This document shows positions 57,822 through 64,000 of a stretch of DNA of 64,000 bases, in pieces. This DNA comes from Caecitellus pseudoparvulus (taxonomy: Eukaryota > Protista > Bigyra: Bicosoecida): contig CBFFRQ010000034.1 of NCBI GenBank assembly GCA_965644315.1, positions 124,001 to 188,000 on the forward strand. Direction: 5' to 3'. How positions within the stretch are numbered: position 1 is the stretch's first letter; each line of letters begins with the position of its first letter. The notes beneath the pieces were generated by a model that saw only the letters and a program-made list of their open reading frames with translations, was not told the DNA's origin and did no database searches. The position numbers and the translations under genes are program-made.

Positions 57822-60800
57822 CTGAGTCCCAGCAACACGAAGGTGTACGTTAAGTTGGGGTCAGATGAAAGTTGGGGTTCGCTCCTGGGGAGCAAGTACA
57901 TCGGAGCGTACATTGGCTTCAAACTGCGAAACTCAGTTGAGCTGGACCTGAGCTTGTTTGGCGCGCTGTTTGAGGTAGACGTCTTTAACACAGCTCGTAT
58001 GTCCGCGTACATCATGCGGTATGAGCTTGTGTTCATCGATGCTAAAGCCGCCCTCAACTTTGGCTTCTCCTCTCTTGGCCTTGTGCCGCGAGACCTGCTG
58101 TCCAACTTCAACGATTTCGCCGACAACATCATCACCAGCGTCAAGTCCATCGCAGAGAAGCTGCTGGGAATTGCAGAACAGGTGGAAAGCTTGCTCCGAA
58201 TCGGCGTGTCCTACTTTGATGCAGTTCAGGACCAGCTCGCGGAGTACATCGAAGCTGTGCAAGGCTTCGTCGATGCACTGCTGGACACCCAAGGCGTGCT
58301 GGACATTGTCAATGCCTATCTGGACCAAGCACTTGAGTTCCTCCGGGTTCAAGAGTTCATTGATGCCGTGGATGGCCAGCTGGCAGCGGTGCAGGAGAAG
58401 CTGGAGTACATCGCCGATCCCCCCGTGATCGAGATGATCCAGGGCCACCTGGACAACGTGAACAACTGGTATGAACGCATCGCTGGCTATGGAGATCACG
58501 TGCTAGATGTTCTGGATAGGGTTGATGCTGTCCTTGCAAAGGGAAGCTCATTCGTTGACGGGATTGTGGCTGACGCGCAGAAAGTGCGTGATACAATCTT
58601 CCTCATCGACAGCGTCGTGTCCGGATCTGGTGGCGCTCTTGCCCCGTTTGCAGCGCTTCTGCAGGGCGGTCTCGGCCCTGAAACATCAGCTGCTGTGGAT
58701 GTCATTCAAGACAACCTTGACGTGTCGTTCATGACGTCTCGTTTTGAGCGGGTCCGGCCTGAAATTGAGGCTGCTGTGGCTAAACTGGAGTCTTTCTCAG
58801 AGTCCCTACAGCTGGGGTCTGCAGATGACGTTGCATCAAATCCTTTCGAAGCACTAGTTATCGATGCTGCGCGCAAGCATAGTGCGACGCTGGCTGACCT
58901 TGCGGTCGGCCTGAACTCAACCGTTTCTGCGGCTCTGACTGAGCTGGAGGCTGCAGGCCTGGCGCTGAGGTCTTCATTGCACCGCAGCGCAAGCTCAGAC
59001 CCTGCTTCTGTGTCTGACTTCAACACAGCCAGGCACCAACTCGGTGAGGCTGTGGCAAACTTGACTTCGTTCATTGAGACGACGAGTTTGCTGGTCGTGT
59101 GGGCTGCTTCAGAGCTTGATGTGGAGTCTGACGTGCTCGTCGCTGAAGCTGCAGCTGAGTCTGCCCAGCAGCAGTACTCAGGGTCGGCATATTTCGGAGG
59201 TTTGCCACACGAGTCACTCTTGGACCCGGCATCGGCTATCTCAGGTTCGCTGCAGGCGTTGCTTGGCGCGCTTGCGTCGAGTCGCTTGGAGCTTGGCCAA
59301 GACGTGGCCTCCCTCGCAGAAGAAGCATGGCGAGCACGGGTCGCAAGCTGGCCCGCTATGCTTGATGCTAGCATTCTTGCGAGTGCTGAAGCTTTGCAAT
59401 CTGCTTGCCAGCAAGTGTTGGAGTCGCCTCCTGCTCTTTCGTTACCTGGTCATTGGCACAGCATTGCCGCAGCTTCTGTGGGCGGCGCTGCCTTTGAAGA
59501 TTTTGCACAGGGTACTAGCGCGCAGAACGAAACAAGGGCTGTGTTGTTCCTTGCCTTTCAAACTGCTCTTTTGAACGCCTTGCCTGTATCGAGCTCTTCC
59601 ACAGCACTTGCGGCAGCCATGGAGTCTGCCGAAGTGGCCGTGGCTTCTGGAGAAGCTGTCTTGCGTGCCGTGCCTGGTGCTGTGTCGCGCCTCATTGAAG
59701 GAGCTGCTCAAGCGGCTTCCCGAGTCGGCCCTCGCGCTCAGGATCTGATGAGCGCTGCAAGGGTTGTCTGCACGCAAGCGCTTGAGCTGCTGCCTGAGAG
59801 CTGGACTAGTGCCGAACAGGAAGCTATGGCAAAGGCTGTAACTACCGAGAGTCGGTTCCAAAAGTTTGCCAGAGCGCCAGGTGATGCCTGGCAACTGGCC
59901 CAAGCCTTGGAATCTACCTGCGTGGTGCCGGCCTGCGGCTCCGCAGCACGTCTGCTGTTCACAGCCCATGCTTCCCTGGTTGGGCTTCGCCTTGTTCTGG
60001 ACGGGAATGACGAAGCGGATGCTCTGAATGACCCAGATCTCACAGTTGAGCAAACAATTGCCACTTTTGCCAGCGCCGGCCAGTTTGCCCCCCACGCTTT
60101 GCTGCGCTGGGTGAACGACAGCAGCCCCTTGCCAGATGACATCCTTGACTTGGCTTGGGAAGTTGGTTTCTCGGGTGCACTGAACACGACAATACCTGGA
60201 ACCTCCGATGCTGCCGCCCAGTGCGGGCTTGCTCTGGCGGGGAGCGGTTCAGGCGGTACCTTGCTTGCGCCATGCTTGGCGCTGAACTCGGCCGCCAACG
60301 AAACTGTAATTGCGAGCGCACTTTCGTGCGAGGCTGCACTGGCTACGGTAGCTGGTGTACCTGGGTGCTCCCTAGTGGCCAGTACGCTGCAATCTGCACT
60401 TGAGGTGGCTCTCCCTTTTGTTTCTGCTGACGTCTCGCAAGGAAGCCTACTTTCCTTCGTGTCGCATCTGGCTTCTTGGATGACAGCTACGGAATCCGCT
60501 CCAACTTTGGCAGGTGCAGCACTCGCAGCAAGTCACATCCCACCCTCCTTGCTGTCATCCTTTGCCCCACTGAAACAGGCCCATTCTGCGTCCTTGAAGT
60601 CTTTGTCTGTGTCAGGCTCAAGCTGGATAGATCGCTCGACGGCTATGCTCGCCCACAGCTCTGGAAACTGGTCGGGCTCACCGATCAGCATGGAAGATAC
60701 TCTCCTACTATGTGCTGGTGCCTCCTCTCCAATCCTTGAAGACGCACACTCCCATGTCATTGCTGCCGCTGAGCACTATACCGCTGTCAAAACTGCTCAC

Positions 60801-63800
60801 GAGTCATGGAGCACGGGCAACGTCACTCTCTTGCGCCCAGCTGCTGCAAGCCTTTCGCCCTGGGCTGGCCATTGCAGCAAGGAGAGCTTTCCGAGCAATG
60901 GTTTTTGTTCCATTCTGGCTTGTCTCTACGCAGGAGGACTTGGTGCTTTGTCCGTCCAGGTTGACGGCTCGGTTGACCACACCGCGCCCTCCGATTGGGG
61001 TCAGAATTCCGTGAATGATGCCGCACTTTTCCAGGCGGGATTTTCTCCGTCCGATGAAGAATTGCCTGCACTTGCTTCAGTCCTTTCGCCAACCATTACG
61101 CTGACCCAGTTCGGGTCCGAAGCACTGCTGCGCGCTAAAGAAGTGTCGGATGCGAACGCAACCGACGCATGGACAGCCTTTGAGACTGCAGTGGGGACAG
61201 CATTTTTGGATAGTGCGCTGTTCGGGCTCTCAACGGTTATTTCGCTGCCCAGTGTGGGAGGAAGCATGTCAGCGTTCCAGGCGTCCTGGAGCGCGTTGGC
61301 CGCTGAGTCAGTGGCAGCTGATGAAGCAATAGATGTGGCTGTGGCTATTGATAGTGCTCTGAGCAGCGCCCAGGCACAGCTTCGAGCACAGCTAAATGTG
61401 ACCGAGGCAAACTTCACCCGTCTTTCGGAGTTGGCGCAGTCAGTGTGCTCGGTGGCGGAGACAAGTGAGGCAGACATCATGACGTTGGCGGCCTGCTCCT
61501 CCGAACCTGTCAGCCCTTTTGACCTTGCCGTAGCTGCTTGTGCTTTCAGGACTCAACTGGCGAACTTGCTGCACTACTGCTCTATGGCCACAGAGCAGCA
61601 ACACCTTGTTCTGGCCATGTCCGCGGTGTTTAATGCCGATGATGGCCAGCGGGGTTCCCTGCAGGACTTGCTTGCAGAGGGGCACCTGCATGTTGTGGAA
61701 AGTGCCCTCGAAAGCTGGCTGTCAGACTGGAAGCTTGACGCTCTTCCATCCGGAGCGTTGTCTCAGATTGCAGCTTGGTCACAGAGCGCCCCCCCTCTTG
61801 GAGGCGTGTTGGCCCCTCTTTCTCCCTGTACAGCTGAGGATGCTTGCTTCGGCATGGACTACTGGCACGTGCATGATGCCTACAAGGCACTGTCAACCCT
61901 CCACACAGCAAGCAGTTCACCACTGCTTGCGTCATCCTCAGCACTCACAGAAGTACCCGTGGCATCTTTGGATGCATTGCAGGTAGCGGTGGAGTCCGCG
62001 GCAGGCATCGTGAACCAAACGTCTCTGGGGGCGCTCCATGCGGTTCGTGAGAACGTTTGGCTCCTCTCCGTTCTGGAAGTACATGGCAGTGCTGTCGTGC
62101 AAGATCTGGCTGCACATGGCACCGACGTGTCCATCCCTGGCTCTGGGGAAAGACTTGCTTTGCTCCTGCACACAGCTCAGACAGATGACAGAGTCGCAAG
62201 CTTGCCTGAGCGTGTGCAGTCCTCACTGGCCTCTGTGTGGGCAGAGGTCGACAGAGTTTGGCCAGGAGCAGCATCCTGTGACTCGTTACTGTCCTGCATC
62301 GCGACCAATGCGTCGGCTGTTGCAATAGATGCCCTCGCTTCTGCTGCATCAGATGGTATGGACGCCTTCCGCGTTGAAGCGTGGTGGAACGAAGCTGCTT
62401 CACTTTCGACAGAGGGGCTGGTGTCCGCACGGGCACTGCACACAGTCGCAGATTTGGTCGCAGCCCGGTCCGCCCTTAACCTGGATCGTTCCACGCAAAC
62501 ATTGGCGGCAGCGGAGGCTGCTCAGAAGCGCCTGCTGAGCTTGTCAAGCCTTGATGTAGACGTGACACGTGCCGGCCTCACGTCGCACAGCGTGCCTGCG
62601 GGCGACTTGGTGCTGAAGGCCCTTCGTGGTGGGACAGTCGGGGGCAACATGTCCCTGACAGCCCTTTCAGACACATGGCTGACACAATCAAGTTTAGCAG
62701 TGGCAGAGGGCCTTGTCGAGTTGGGCGCAGCTGTTGGGGCTGATAGCGTGGCACACTCGCTCGCTGGTGCCGTCACCCGTGGTCCAGTTGGGCCAGTGGA
62801 GTTTTCAACAGCTGCCCAAAGTTTTGGCGACCTATTGATATCAGCCGCTCGCCAGCCATTTGTCAAGGAATCTGCTCAAGCACTGTCATCCGCTGACATC
62901 AATCAGCGCATGTCCAGCCTGCATGGGTCGCTTACTGCGGCAGTCCGAGGACTCGTTGGCCTGTCCCAAAGCGCGGCAGCAGAAACAATGCCTGAAGGAG
63001 TTCCAAGCTTAATTCCTCTGTTTGATACCTCTGTGAGTTTGCTTTCAGCTGCCCAACTAGAGATTGGCGTGGTTGTTCAGTGCGAGGGGCCTTGCTCCGC
63101 TGGCGTGAGCGAGAGTGTCCTGCAACAGGCGGCTTACCTTCCCCTCCAAAAGGCAGGAAAAGCTGCTGTTAATGCTGCAGCAGCCTTAACTGATCTTGCT
63201 ACTGTGTTCGGAGGGGCCTCCCTACCGAGTGACATAATTGCTTGGGCGGCAGGCCTGTCACCCCAGACTTCACGGGCTGTGAAGGCGGTGGCGGAGGACC
63301 TGTTGTCCACGGATGGCAGTATTAATGTGCTGTTTGGCGTTGGCATTCGCCTGCATGCATTGTCCTCTACTGCAGCAGATGCTAGCTTGCACTTGCCCCA
63401 GGGAGGCACATGCATGGCTGCCATGTCTGCAGTTACGCGCGGTCACAACCCAGCTGTCCCCGAACTGTTGCGTCTTCAGAGCGAGGTGTCTTTTTGTGAT
63501 GGGTCGCCGTGTCCTAGGTCAGCCCAGCAGGCGAGCTTGGCAGCCTTCCTGGCTCACTTGGCGGCGTCCGGCTGCTCGGGGCCATCAGACGATGTTCTTT
63601 CTTTGTACGCCTTGCCAGCAATGACGATGCAGGGAGCGGCTGTGACTCGTCCCCTTGTGGGCGCCTCGCCGTTCGCCGAGGAGGCAGCTCTGCAGCTAGC
63701 TGGGGCCACAGCCTTCCATGCACTGGTGCACGGCACACAACCGACAACAAGCCTTCAATCAGCTGCGCTTGCATTTCTTGGGGACTTGATACGTAACGAA

Positions 63801-64000
63801 GCGGAGTGTCTGCCATCAGCGAGCCGTGAGAGCCTCACGAATTCGTTGCGAAAACTGCAGCTGGGTGATGCTTGCAGCATTGTTAACTCGACAGAACTCC
63901 TGTGGTCTGCTCAAGAATTTCCCACTGATTCCATGCAGTGTGAGGTTGTCTCGGGGGCGGCCATGAACGTGTCTCGAAGCTTCGACACGGTGCCCCCTTT
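54844..64000 (+). CDS. Giant secreted protein, copy R (>=3,000 aa, 3' end outside window); paralog of copy L with LLT module
   Basis: Exon 1 is 54844-55250, intron 55251-55357, exon 2 from 55358 in a frame still open at the window end (...MNVSRSFDTVPP). Low-identity collinear homology to copy L persists downstream, e.g. LESTCVVPACG vs LQSDCTTQGCG. Confidence 0.85.

Overview
GC-rich eukaryotic (protist-like, probably stramenopile) genomic DNA with short GT-AG introns whose donors are mostly GTGCGT/GTGAGT. Two paralogous, divergently oriented giant secreted-protein genes bracket the window. One is on the minus strand (17393 to <1, at least 5,760 aa) and one on the plus strand (54844 to >64000, at least 3,000 aa). 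Neither long exon appears in the ORF track because both run off the window edges. Both begin with a signal peptide and a vitellogenin/apoB-like large-lipid-transfer (LLT) module. Their promoters, first exon, intron and LLT module form a ~3.5-kb near-identical inverted repeat, while the downstream bodies are strongly diverged. Between them lie: a Ser/Thr kinase gene; an intact, apparently recent Ngaro-type tyrosine-recombinase retrotransposon (A1-gag-pol-YR-B1-A2-B2) whose gag and pol are in frame across a single TAG and whose YR frame lacks an upstream ATG; a mucin-stalk membrane protein; a mosaic pseudokinase/ankyrin/coiled-coil gene with an 819-bp internal duplication; an ankyrin pseudogene; and a ~5,800-5,900-aa secreted GCC2/3 + C-type lectin + Gly-rich + Fn3-like protein that sits head-to-head with the right-hand LLT gene. 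All domain calls are from motif recognition by eye; no database searches were run.
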